Assembly: GCF_006345805.1 (NCBI RefSeq)
Contig: NW_021833419.1
Coordinates: 1-64,000, forward strand
DNA length: 64,000 bases
Source: Octopus sinensis
Taxonomy: Eukaryota
Direction of reading: 5' to 3'
In this document: positions 39,059-51,720 of the stretch, piece by piece
How positions within the stretch are numbered: position 1 is the stretch's first letter
How the letters are laid out: every line of letters begins with the position of its first letter
Made by a program: the position numbers and the translations under genes
The notes under the pieces: model-generated
The model's input: the letters and a program-made list of their open reading frames with translations, nothing else
What the model was told of the DNA's origin: nothing
The model's database searches: none

Positions 39059-39224
39059 TATATAATATATATATATATAGTATATATATATACACACACA
39101 TATATATATGTATATCTGTATATGTAAATAATGTATGTGTTTGTATATATACATACATTCACGTATATATATATATATACATACATACATATAACACATA
39201 TATATATATATATATGTGCATATA

Positions 39225-39264
<40 letters not shown>

Positions 39265-39354
39265 CTTATATATGTATATCTGTATATGTAAATATGTGTG
39301 TATACACACACACACACACAACACACACAAACACAACACACACACAAACACACA

Positions 39355-39390
<36 letters not shown>

Positions 39391-39408
39391 ACACAAACAT
39401 ATATATAT

Positions 39409-39950
39409 GCGTGGCTGTGTGGTGAGAAGCTTGCTTCCCAACCATACGGTTCAGGGTTCAGTCCAACTGCGTGGCACAATGGGCAAGTACCTTTTACTAC
39501 AGTCTCGGGTTGACCAGAGCCTTGTGGATGGATTTGATAGTCAGAAACTGAAAGAAGCCTGTCGTATATATCTAAATTTATGTGTGTGCGTGAGTGAGTT
39601 TGTGTCTGTGTTAGCCCTCCGACCCTCACCATTTGAGAAGTGGTGTTGGTGTGTTTACGTCCCTGCAACATAGCGGTTTTGCATGAACAATATAACAAGT
39701 ACGAGACTTAAAAAGTACGTTCTGGGGTCAATACTTTCAACTAAAAAATGTTCAAGGCGGTAACTGAAACATGTAATACATGTGTGTGTGTGTGTGTAAA
39801 TATATAAATAACGCGTAAGAGCGGCTGTGTGGTAAGTAGCTAGCTTACCAACCACATGGTTCCGGGTTCAGTCACACCGTGTGGCACCTTTTTCTATCGG
39901 TCTCTTTTGGTGAACACACCAGCATCGGTTGTCAAGCGATGTTGGGGGGA

Positions 39951-39984
<34 letters not shown>

Positions 39985-40138
39985 ACACACACACATACGA
40001 CGGGCTTCTTTCAGTTTCTGTCTGCCGAATCCACTCACAAGGCTTTGGTTGGCCCGAGGTTATAGTAAAAAACACTTGCCCAAGGTGCCATGCAGTGGGA
40101 CTGAACCCGGAACCATGTGGTTGGTAAGCAAGCTACTT
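39409..40138. mobile_element. Cluster of CORE-type SINE pieces (39409-39770 +, 39820-39890 + head, 39891-40138 -)
   Basis: Family A head and body motifs occur in both orientations. Confidence 0.8.
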
Positions 40139-41466
40139 TATTTTATCAAATTTGCCATAAAGACAGTACAAAGAGTGTGTAGCTTTGCGGGCTGGACAAA
40201 CACATTAATGAATGAAAATGAAAGAAAACGAATAAATGAGAGACGAAACTCAACACCCGCCGATTGGATTTTTCTCGAAAACATATTTTCACTTTTTAAA
40301 AATCAGTATGAGGTTTCAAAGCAATAGTTCCCCAAAAAAGGAGAGAATTCAAAAGAAAACAAAAGTGAAGAAGAAATAAATAAAAAACAAACAATTCAAT
40401 AAAAAGTCACAATAGAAGAAGAAAACAATAGTTCAAAAAAAGAAAACACAGCAAAAAAAAAGAAAAAAATCTTCTGGGCATTCATGTACTCCAAGAGGGT
40501 TATGGTACTCCAATTCGAACCTGGACTGCTCCACTTGAATACACCTTTCCAATACAAAAATAGTTAGGTTAGTTCTTTTGTTCCTGTTCAACAGTTACAA
40601 AGTGCTGAAACCCCACATTTCGACAGTGGCACTTTAGCCCCTTGATGATTTCATAACAAAAATAGTTCGCTTAGTCCTTATTTTATTCCAGTCCAACAGA
40701 GTTACAATTCCAAAGTTCTGCAGTGCCGTCGTTCTACAGGGGCTCATTGGTCCTACTTCAAGTTCTATACCAGAATAGCATATTCCTTCCTCTTTTATTC
40801 CAAAGTGCCGCATTGTCACAGTTCCGAATCTGCACATTAGTGCCACATTTGTACTCTGTAATTTCCATATCAGTGACCTTTATCTTGTGTCCACAGAATG
40901 TCTAATTAATGTCCTGTGGTACGATTACAGTGAACGGGTGGCACCCCTGTAGAGTACCTGCCCAACATTAAATCAAATATTCATCGGTGCCGTGACATTT
41001 TAAAAATTTGTCTTAGCCAGAAAAGAAAAGTATATAGAGGTCTAAAGATTGGTGGAGGATTATGGGACTTCTTCGCCCCCGAAGGAGCATGCAGCGAAGT
41101 TAAGAGGGCATAGCCGAAGGGTCCTATAGTATTTGAATGTAATTTGTGATCACGTCTTTGTCTGTTAAAGGTGAAACAAGTCCGATGCCAGAGATTTACA
41201 AAGAACTGCTTGAGCATACACATTTTTAAAAGAAAAAGTTAATATTATTATTATTGTTGTTGTTGTTACTTTTCTATATTTTTTAATTAATTATTATTTT
41301 GTTTGGTGAACAAAGAATATGTCGGCTGAACAATACAGAAATTTGGTGTATTTGGAGAAGAGAGAAAGAGCATAGGAAACATCGCTAGATTATACATCTA
41401 CATATAAACACACACACACACACACACACATACATATATATACAGAGAGAGAGAGAGAGAGAGAGT

Positions 41467-41563
<97 letters not shown>

Positions 41564-43091
41564 TTTTATTTTATCGACCCCGAAATGATGAAAGGTAAAG
41601 TCGACCTCGGTGGTATAATATGGTATAATAATCACAATAATAATATAATAAAAACAGTAGTAGTAGTAGTAGTAGTAGTAGTAGAAGAAGAAGAAGAAGA
41701 AGAAGACGTATTGTTTAAAAATCTTGAAGAAGGCCCTGCCCCCCGTTTGTTAATAACTGAAGTATCCTGAAGATGAAAGTCTCACGTTGTTCAAAAGTTT
41801 GAAACGGGGCCAAGCCCTTATCGTGTTCGGCACAGGGGGATATATATTTTGAAGATGCAGACCATGGGAAAGTTAAAAGGCACAAACCTGATTTAGTCAT
41901 AAATCACGAATCCGGAAATGGCTTGTTTAAAATAACATTTGGCAGTGAATAATGTATCCAGTCAGATTTTTGCAATTTATAATCCTTAAAAATAGGTCAT
42001 GCCTTCTTTGGTAATTATCATGGTTATCCAAGAATGATAAATTCTTATACCTTATTTATCAATTATCATAATATTCCGAAGATGGAGTGCTTCTATGGTC
42101 TGTGTGTTATTTGATAATTCATATGGCGTTCCAAAGACAGTAAAATATTATGTTTTGTTTGGTAATTATCAAGGTATTTTGAGGATGGTTCTCTTGTAAA
42201 GCTTGTGTAGCTTAAAAACTTAAAGAAGTTTGGTAGCGAGCGATGTTGAAAGAAATTAGGGATTCCTGCTCCTTTTCGTATAAGTATTTTTGTATAAGTT
42301 TTAGATGACGAAAAATTGAAGACCAGCTTTTAAAAAATTCCTTGTGTAGTTTTGTAAAGAATTCGTACTGCTACAAAACGCATTCGGGAAATGTTGTTTG
42401 ACATATGATTACTGGAATCCTGCATCGAAGAACCTTCTGCAAAGTGTTTTTGAAAAATAAAATACAAACTAAAATCATATATGTATCAAATAGAAACCTA
42501 AGCGACGCAGATTCAGCTTCAGTAGTTGATAGAAACAGACCGAGGTTTTACTAATAACCGACGTAAAACACGTCGATGGTAGCATTTCAAACACTTCCAT
42601 ATGTGACTGAATCGTTTAGTTCTCACGAAGCGGTGGCTTCCGGAAAGCAAAAGGGCAATAATGAAAACACACACATACAACCTATATAAACATCTGTATG
42701 TATACGTGGATATATATTTATCTATCTATATATATATTCATGTATTCATAAAAACATATATACATACGTACATACACTGCATATACGTATGCGAAGAGTA
42801 GAGGTGTGGATGGTAACGGAGACGACGAACGATGTCTGTATAAGAAGATATTTAACAAGTCCGTATACAACGATAGACAAACCAGAATCTGAATTGAGGA
42901 AGACGAAGACGACAGCTGTCGATGACTGAGTGAAAGTCTTTGCTTGAAGGAGGAGGAGGAGGAGGAAAAAAACCCAAACAAACTGGATACATAAAGAGCA
43001 AGGGGGAAGGATGAGGGGGGACAATACAAGAACAGAATAAAGTGTGGGGGGGGTTTACATATAATGATGATGATGATGATGATGATAATAA

Positions 43092-43221
43092 TATTTCTTT
43101 ACTACCCACAAGGAGACAAACAAGGACAGACAAACGGATTAAGTCGATTACATCGACACCCTAGTGCGTAACTGGTACTTAATTTATCGACCCCGAAAGA
43201 ATGAAAGGCAAAGTCGACCTC

Positions 43222-43272
<51 letters not shown>

Positions 43273-43664
43273 CTTTTACTCTTTTACTTGTTTCAGTCAT
43301 TTGACTGCGGCCATGCTGGAGCACCGCCTTTTAGTCGAGCAAATCGCCCCCCCCCCCCCGACTTATTCTTTGTAAGCCCAGTACTTATCCTATCGGTCTC
43401 TTTTGCCGAAGTTTCGGGAACGTAAACACACCAGCATCGGTTGTCAAGCGATGTTGGGGGGACAAACACAGACACACAAACATATACACACTTACATATA
43501 TACATACATATATATACAACGGGCTTCTTTCAGTTTCTGTCTACCAAATCCACTCACAAGGCTTTGGTCGACCCGAGGCTACAGTAGAAGACACTTGCCC
43601 AAGTTGCCACGCAGTGGGACTGAACCCGGAACCATGTAGTTGGTAAGCAAGTTACTTACCGCAC

Positions 43665-43665
<1 letters not shown>
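43092..43665 (-). mobile_element. Meta-type SINE 3' half (43092-43223) and CORE-type SINE (43272-43665), separated by (AAT)n
   Basis: Matches to families B and A. Confidence 0.8.
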
Positions 43666-43715
<50 letters not shown>

Positions 43716-43998
43716 CAATTCTTTTTTATTGGCCACAAGGGCTGACACGCATGATTACATAAAGGGACAAGACAGGACGAAAGGTTACAAAGGGTTTTGC
43801 CGTTTTTTTTTTAAAACATCGAGTAAAAATCTTTATAACAACTTATAAAATTCAACAATGAAAAACTCCCAAAAGGGGGAGACGTCTCGAAAGGTTCCTG
43901 GTGGAAAAAACCCTACAAAAGCCAACGGGAGCCTGGTCAAAAAAGGGGGTGTAGAGAGTCCCCTTTCTTCTCCTTTTACATTACCTTTTTCTTTGAAA

Positions 43999-46900
43999 TC
44001 ACAGGCGAAACCTGAGAACTGGTCCATTTATACAGGCCAGTCTCGCACAATTCACCCACCTTTCATAAAACTTGCTATCGGACAGCACTTTCCTCTCTAA
44101 CCTCATCTTCCTTTTCAAGTGAAACTTGAAAAAGTTGATGAGGCCTTGACCAAAGAGGAAAGTGTCTGACTTTAGCCTTTTCAAACGAGTCCACCACACA
44201 ACTTCTTTCGCCACAGCCACAAGGCACAAGAAAACGGCCTCGCCCTCCTTGTTAAAGGAGGTCGGCGGGGCAATCTTCACTATGGATTCGGCCGATAGTC
44301 GGATCCGTCCTACACGTGACAGTAGCTGTTCGACATAAACCCATATTTCAGCAATACTCGGGCACTGAACGAGTGCGTGCAGAACGGTTTCGTCGTCCTG
44401 GCAACACCTCGGGCAGGCCCGGCTGACGGCACTTCCGTGCCGGTAGAGTTTATCTCGAACAGGCAGAGCCCCTCGGTAGCACTGCCAAGCGAGAGACCTC
44501 TGGAAATTATCCATCGGCCCCGGCCCGAAAGTCCTCCCGAACAGACCGCACAGTTCGTCATCTCCAACGCCTAGAGTTTCCCCGAGAACGTCGTCGCATT
44601 TTTCCTCCACTAACCCTCTATAGAACGCTAGAGTGGAGCTGTAACCGATCGCATTGCCCGCCTGGCGGAGGGCGGAGAGGGCTTGACGGCACTCGAGGTG
44701 CCAAGCGCCCTTTCTCGGTCTACGTTTGATCCAGGTCTGCAGTTCCGTCAAAGAGACGAGCTGCGGAAAATCGCGTCTGACAAAAGACGACCACACCTGT
44801 TCACCGTCTAGGAAGCGCTTGAGATGCCGCAGCCTGAGCGCATGTCTGCGCAACAGTAACCACGGCATTCCAAGGCCTCCGTTCAGCGGTCGTTGACAGC
44901 AGATGGATCGCCTGACCAGTGGCACCTGACCCTTCCACAAAAAGTCGAAGAGCAGACGTACCAGCTTGGCCAACCAGCGGTCGGGACAAGGGACGACGGT
45001 CAAGCGGTAATAGATGACGGATGCGATGTACGCATTCGCCACCTCCGCTCGACCTTTCAGGGACAGCTTCCTCTCGGCCCATTTCTGGGTGAGACGTGCC
45101 ACCCTGCTCGTCACCTCTTCCCAGTTCTTATCCACCTGGAGGTCCGGACCGAACCAGACCCCGAGCAGTTTAACGGGTCCGTCTGTCCAGTGCCCTACGA
45201 CGCTGTTGGACGGCATGGGCTTGCCTCTCCAGGTGCCCAGTTGCAAGCCCACAGACTTTTCCGCGTTAATCTTTGCCCCTGTCACCGCTTCGTACTGGTT
45301 TAGCGTCTCGCCAATCAGGCCAATGTGCCTGTGGCTCGACACCACCACGGTGACGTCGTCGGCATAAGCAGACACGCTGTTTCCGCCTCCTAGATCGCGC
45401 GGGATGCCCCTCAAAGCCTCCAACTTGCGCAGTAATGGCTCGAGAGTCAAAATGTACAAGAGGGAGGAGAGAGGGCATCCTTGGCGGACCGAACGCGAGA
45501 TGTCGAACGGTTCCGAAAGGTGACCGTTCACCCGTATCACCGAGCAGATGTTGCTGTATAAAGCAGCGATCCACCCGCGGAAGACTGGACCGAAGCCGGC
45601 TGCCTTGAGGACAGCTGCCAGGTACCGATGGTCGACCCTATCGAAGGCTTTACTCTGATCCAAGTTGATCAAAGCCCCACCCGCGCCAGCGTCGTTACCC
45701 ACCCTCTCTATGATGTAGCGCATGAGATGGAGGTTGTCGTGTATCGACCTGGTCGGCACGGCGCATGTCTGCGTCCCGCCGACCAGCTTGTCCACGACAA
45801 GCGCCAATCTCTTGGCTAGCACCTTGGCCAAAATCTTCAACTCTGCATTGAGCAGAGTGATGGGCCGGAAATTCCCTATAACGTCCCCCTTGTTTGGGTC
45901 CTTCTTTAGCAAAGCCACCACCCCTCGACAGACAAAAGCAGGAATTCTCCCGTTTTGCTGCCAGTTGCAGTAGACGTTTGCCAACAGGTCCGCAAACAAG
46001 TCTGGCATTGAAAAGTAAAGCTCGTAGGGCAGACCATCCAAACCCGGCGATCTACCTCTCGTGCAACTCTTCATCGCTTCCTGTACTTCCCAGGCAGATA
46101 TCGGTCCTTCGCAGCACTCTGCCTCGCTGTCCGAGAGTTGCGGCAGTCCGTCCAGGTACACACCGAAGTCTGTACCGTTGGTGTCCGTTCCACCGCTCGT
46201 CCCAAACAGTTGAGCAAAGTGCCGCTGAAGCACCGTACACATCTGTTTCGGTTGGGTAACCTCGCGCCCGTTCTGGTCCACCAAAGACCGAATGGTTGCT
46301 CTGTTGCCTCGCTTCGCCTCCGCCACGCGGCCCATCGAGCGGCTCTAGTCCCCTCCCCGCTTAGCGAACGTGCCTTAGCTCTGACAACGCAGCCTTCGTG
46401 TTTGGCGTCGAAGTGTTGGTCGAGGGCCAACCTTGCCGCCAACACGTCGGTCGCGATGCCAGTGTCAAGAGCCTCGTCTAGTTTCTTAACTAAATCCCGC
46501 TCTCTCTTCCTACGTTCAATAGCTAGAGTCTTACTATACCTAATCGACTCTACTCTAATTGCTCTCTTGAGGGCAAACCACCAGTTGTTGTTGATGATTG
46601 CCCCCGTGAGCGCCCGCTTAACTAGTAAACTAATCCGGTCTCTGTAAGCTTTGCACGCCGTTAACGACGCGTTCAGCTTCCAGTAGCCGGGTCCCTGTCT
46701 ATGTAGCCTATCTAAGTCGACCGTACAGATCACTAATTTGTGGTCCGTATATTCGACTAGGTGGAATTGTGGACACCCTACGCTGTCCTTATCCGCTGGC
46801 CTACAAAACACTCTATCTAAGTACGATCTAGACGACCCGATGCGGTTTGTCCAAGTCCACATTGGCACATTCGGGTTGTCTAGTCGAAACCTGTCGGACA

Positions 46901-47433
46901 GCTGAAAGCGGCCGAGTAGGTTGGCGAGGCTCTTGCACCCTCCCCCTCTCCTATCAGACGCCCCCCCTGCCCACCCGATCGAAACGTTCGTCTAAGACAG
47001 CGTTCCAATCCCCAACTAGTACTAGAGTGCGTGACGTTCCCAGGAAAACTTCCAGACGTTTGAAATAATCCGACTGCCCTGCTCCTGTCGGAGCGTAGGC
47101 AGCCAGCAGTCTGAAAGCACCGCCGTCACTACCGTCCACGTCGAGGACCACCAACTTACCTTCCGGATCCAAGAAGACTGTCCTTATTTTCAGGTCCAGG
47201 CCCTTCCGAAACAACACCGCAGTACCACCACCGCCCGCTCCCGGCCGACACGGAGATAGAAATATCTCGTATCCGCCGAAAAGGGCTGCGAGTTCCTGCG
47301 GGTGGGAGAGCCTGGTTTCACTGATGGCTGCTACATCCACATCATGAAACCTCAGGTCGTTTAACAGGTGACCCTGTTTCCAAGGTGACCCGAGGCCTCT
47401 CACATTCAAGCAACCGATTCTAAGATTTGCCAT
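43999..47433 (-). pseudogene. Tx1-like ORF2 (AP endonuclease, reverse transcriptase, C-terminal zinc motif) with two frameshifts
   Basis: APE motifs: CLNVRGL, ISETRL, GDWN, YLDR, TDH, WKLN. RT motifs: SPGLDG, RPITLLN, DQSKAFDRVDH, RQGCPLS, YADD. C-terminal CPRC..DETVLHALVQC. The frame breaks near 46950 and 46335. Confidence 0.92.
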
Positions 47434-47479
47434 GTTTCAAAAGTTAGGGGGAAAAAAAAGGAGAAAAAGGCTCTACTTA

Positions 47480-48310
47480 CTGGGGTGGGGGTGGCTCCCT
47501 TGTGCTTTTGCTTTTGCACGGGTGCTTCAATAATATATTTGTAAAGTTTCTGAGAGAAACTTTTCCCTAACGATCCCACATCGTTAGGGAATATTTGTTT
47601 TATTTCGTTGTAAACTGTTTTGTTTATTTTTATTGTGAGAATGTGTGCTGGTGGTGTGTTGTGTGTAGGTATTATGAAATCTGTAATGTTTGTGCTTGTT
47701 TTGTTTTTCAAATACTCAACCAGTTCCTGGTTTCTTGTATTCACTGCTGTAATCGTGTCTGTAATTGTGTCTGTGTTTGTTTGTGTCTGTGTTTGTTTGT
47801 GTCTGTGGTAGTGGCAGTAGTGGTGTCGAAAGTGTTGTTGTTGTTGTTTGTTGTTGTGAGTGTGTGTTGTTGTTGATGTTGTTGTTGATGTTGGGAAGTA
47901 CTGTTTGTTCGTGCTTCCCCTGTAAATCTTTTTGTTTTTTCCTCCTTTTCTTTTTTGGAGGTACTATGTTCCATTCTCCTTTGTTGGAATCAGAGCTCGC
48001 ACAATCCGAGATCTCTTCATCCGGCAAAGGAATGGTTGAGGGGTCTGCTTCAGTAGCAGGACGAAAAGTTTTTGGTTCCGCCGGTATCGGTGGTGCCGCT
48101 GCTCCTGTTACTGTTGATGTCGCTGCTGTCGACCTTCGAGGTACTGGTGTCGGTGTTGGTTTGCTGGTGGTTGTCGGTGTTGGTTTGGTGGTGGTTGTTG
48201 TTGTTGGAGGTGGTGTTGTTCGTCTTGGTGCTGGTGTTGGTGATGGTGTTGGTGGTGTGGCAGCCTTTGGTGTTTCTTGCTGTTTTTGTTGTTTCTGTTG
48301 TTGTTGCTTG

Positions 48311-48341
<31 letters not shown>

Positions 48342-49363
48342 GCTGCTGCCTCTTGCTGAAAGCCTCCATCCTCTTTTTGTGAATGGGACAGTCCCTCTTT
48401 AAGTGGCTTTCGCTGCTGCAGAGAAAACATTTTGGCTTTCGCCCCTCCACAGCAACGTTTAGCCTGGTGCCGTCCGGCAAACTTACGAAATCAGGGACTT
48501 TACTTATATTCTCTTGCTGAATTTGCGCAAGAAGCAGCACTCCCATCCCCAACCAGTTTTTCGCCCTCACTCTCCTGACATCTAGAATGGTGGTAGTGTC
48601 CTCTATATCATAGAGGACAGCTGCCACCAGCCATGACATATTTAGCTCAGGGGGACGAGGTCGATTTTTATTTTGTTACTCTTCGCCCGAGGTGGGTCGG
48701 AATTAGTAACAAATTCTCAGTTTGCAAGGGCGAAATGGCGTTCGCCCTTGCAAGCTCCTCTGTTGGGAAGCGAACCTCCACGGTTCCAAAACGCTTCCCC
48801 TTGGTTACGTAGCTCTTTTGGGCCCAAATGGGCTTTAGAGCTATCTCCAACTGTTGGGGTGTGGCATTTGTTATTCTTTTTAGTTTTCTGTCGAAAACTT
48901 TGTAAATTATTGTTTGCTTGTTGGTGCTTTCAATCACCTCTTGTGGAGTATTGAGGAAGATACCATTGCCATCCTTCCTTAACAATTCCTTCGCTCTTTT
49001 CACATCTTCTAGAGTTATCTTAACTTCCTCCGAAATTTGCTTCGCAGCAGAAGCAAAATTGTTGGAAGTTTTTTCTTTTATCTCCGTGTCAATGTTTGTG
49101 ATGATTTTTGTATTTGTTTTTTTTTCCTCCTCCTTCCGTACCAAAGCATTAGGTGAAGGCAGAGGGGGAAAATCGAGAATTACGTCGAACGCGACGTCCT
49201 GGCTTGCATTCTCCTTTTGAACGGAGCTCGTGCTCTGCGGTTCGGAAGGAGAATCTTTGTTGCCTTTTAAGGCGTGAAGTGGGTGTTTTGGACGAGTTGT
49301 GTGTGTTTGCGGAGGGAATGTATCTTGAAGGAAGGAACAGCCAACTGTTCGCTTCATAGCCAT
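47480..49363 (-). pseudogene. Tx1-like ORF1 (gag-like, CCHC zinc knuckle), frameshifted
   Basis: ORFs 49363-48668, 48639-47716 and 47744-47406 lie in series upstream of ORF2. They contain KCFLCSSESHLKRDC followed by polyQ, a Pro/Thr-rich tract and the basic PPKKKRRKK motif. Confidence 0.85.
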
Positions 49364-49471
49364 GTTTTTTTTTTGTTGTAATATTCAAAATGTTGAAAAA
49401 TGTCAAATGTTCAAAATTTTCAAACGTATAGTAATAATAATTTATCGACCCCGAAAGGATGAAAGGCAAAG

Positions 49472-50042
49472 ATTATTATATATGCCCTGATGCAGTACCA
49501 GGCAGTGGCTCTCATGGCTTCTGATCTTAACTGATTGGAAGTGTTATCATGTACATTGTTTTGTCTTGGTATAAAAAGATGGGCTACAGCAAATATTCTG
49601 CTCAATACCACAGATTTGCTTGTCAGTTGTTTGACCATAACCAGTTGAGCATGTCCATTTGTGGCTGACGATATGTGCATCTCTGATCACAAGCAGAAGT
49701 AGTGGGGGAGCATCATAGCCATGTGTTGAGAGGCATTCTTTGGTGTTTGACTAATTCATCTATGGAAACATGGGTGGTTCTTTCAACATCCTTAAACAAC
49801 TCTTATTCAGGGACCTTTTGAGCGGGATGGGCTACTCAACCTGAAGAAAATTCTAACTGGGCCCCACCTGCAAGGTCATGTGCTGTTTATCTTGATATGA
49901 GATCACCATGTTGCGCACATATGGTTGTGATGCATGTGTCTGGTGTACCCTTATCAGACGGGTAGTCATGATTGGTATATTGGGCTTCGTATATTTTACC
50001 CCAGTGTCACTTTGATGGCATGCACTGCTCTCTCACTCAATA
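49472..50042 (+). mobile_element. Unclassified interspersed repeat ending in (TAA)n
   Basis: Longer copy of 19693-20145. Ends GCACTGCTCTCTCACTCAA(TAA)n. Confidence 0.75.
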
Positions 50043-50232
50043 ATAATGATAATAATAATAATAATCCTTTCTACAGTAGGCACAAGGCCTGAAATTTCGA
50101 GGGAAGAGTAAGTCGATTACATCGACCCCAGTACACAACTGGTACTTATTTTATCGGTCCCGAAATAAATCGATAATGATAATAATAACAAAATAATAAT
50201 CTTTTCTCGTTATTTCTTCTACTTTTCTTCTT

Positions 50233-50269
<37 letters not shown>

Positions 50270-50286
50270 CACTACCACCACCACCA

Positions 50287-50322
<36 letters not shown>

Positions 50323-50451
50323 TTACCACCACCACCACCACCACTACCACCACCACTACTACTACTACTACCACTACTACTGCGGTTGCTGCTGCTGTTT
50401 TACTGCTGCTATTATTATTATTATTATTATTATTGTTATTATTTCTAATAC

Positions 50452-50501
<50 letters not shown>

Positions 50502-51118
50502 TCTAATCCTACTTCTATCCACTTTGTCTACGCCATTTCCTTTCTAAAAAACATTTAACTTTGCTTTGAACTACTTTTAGTAATAAAATTCAATTTATAC
50601 CCAAGCAGATAACTATGGCTCTGTGTCTGTGTGTGTGTGTGTGTGTGTGTTGTGTGTGTGTCTCGGCGCACGCAGATTTTCCACTCGCTTCGATTCTTCT
50701 CTTCTTTTTCTGTTTACATTTTGCTCTGTTGTTTTCTTTCTCCTTCTTATAATTCAGACGAGAGAACGGTACAGCTGTTGAGCGGACAACGACATTAGAA
50801 CCCGCAAGCTGTTGCTTTGACGTAGACAGTGTTTTATTGACGAGAAAACATATGACCATGTCACCATAAAAGATGTGTGTGTGTGTGTGTGTGAGAGAGA
50901 AAGAGAGAAAGGGCGACAGAGTGTCTCTCTCTCTCTATGTGTATGTGTATATATATGCGATCGTCAATTGTGTGCTATTGGTTTTTCCACTTAAGTTTCA
51001 AATAGACATTAATGATTTTTAAAATCGGAATCTCAGCTGCTGTTGAGTTCAACACACACGCCCATTGCGCGTGCACGCACCTACGCATAGACATGCAGCG
51101 CCACCCACGCATGTTTGT

Positions 51119-51273
51119 ATTTCTTATTTCTTTATTGCCCACAAGGGGCCAAACACAGAGGGGACAAACAAGGACAGACAAATGGATTAAGTCGATTACG
51201 TCGACCCCAGTGCGTAACTGGTACTTAATTTATCAACCCCGAAAGGATGAAAGGCAAAGTCGACCTGGGTAAT

Positions 51274-51323
<50 letters not shown>

Positions 51324-51720
51324 TAATAATAATAATAATAAAGTCGACCTCGGCGGAATTTGAACTCAGAACGTAGGGGCTACATATAGAGAGGACAAAC
51401 AAGGACAGACAAACGGATTAAGTCAATTACATCGACCCCAGTGCGTAACTGGTACATAATTTATCGACCCCGAAAGGATGAAAGGCAAAGTCGACCTCGG
51501 CGGAATTTGAACTCAGAACGTAGCGGCAGACGAAATACCTATTTCTTTACTGCCCACAAGGGGCTACACACAGAGGAAACAAACAAGAACAAAGGGATAA
51601 AGTCGATTACATCGACTCCAGTGCGTAACTGGTACTTAATTTATCGACCCCGAAAGGATGAATGTCAAAGTCGACCTCGGCGGAATTTGAACTCAGTACG
51701 TAGCGGCAGACGAAATACGT
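51119..51720 (-). mobile_element. Head-to-tail cluster of 3-4 truncated Meta-type SINEs
   Basis: TTTATCGACCCCGAAAGGATGAA...GTCGACCT recurs at about 51230, 51460 and 51640, with a further piece at 51340. Confidence 0.88.

Larger units (their letters stand above)
43717..49430 (-). mobile_element. Near full-length Tx1/L1-clade non-LTR retrotransposon (~5.7 kb)
   Basis: Short 5' UTR, ORF1 with a CCHC knuckle, ORF2 with APE-RT-Cys/His domains, and a ~280-bp 3' UTR with AATAAA followed by (ATT)n. Confidence 0.93.

Noticed and set aside
40470-41225. Possible ancient L1/Tx1 3' remnant (RSLIW and CRF...H-like pieces on the minus strand)
   Set aside because: Too degenerate to support by eye. It needs a translated profile search.
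41700-42640. AT-rich unique stretch with faint PLE-like peptide hints
   Set aside because: No intact diagnostic motif could be read.
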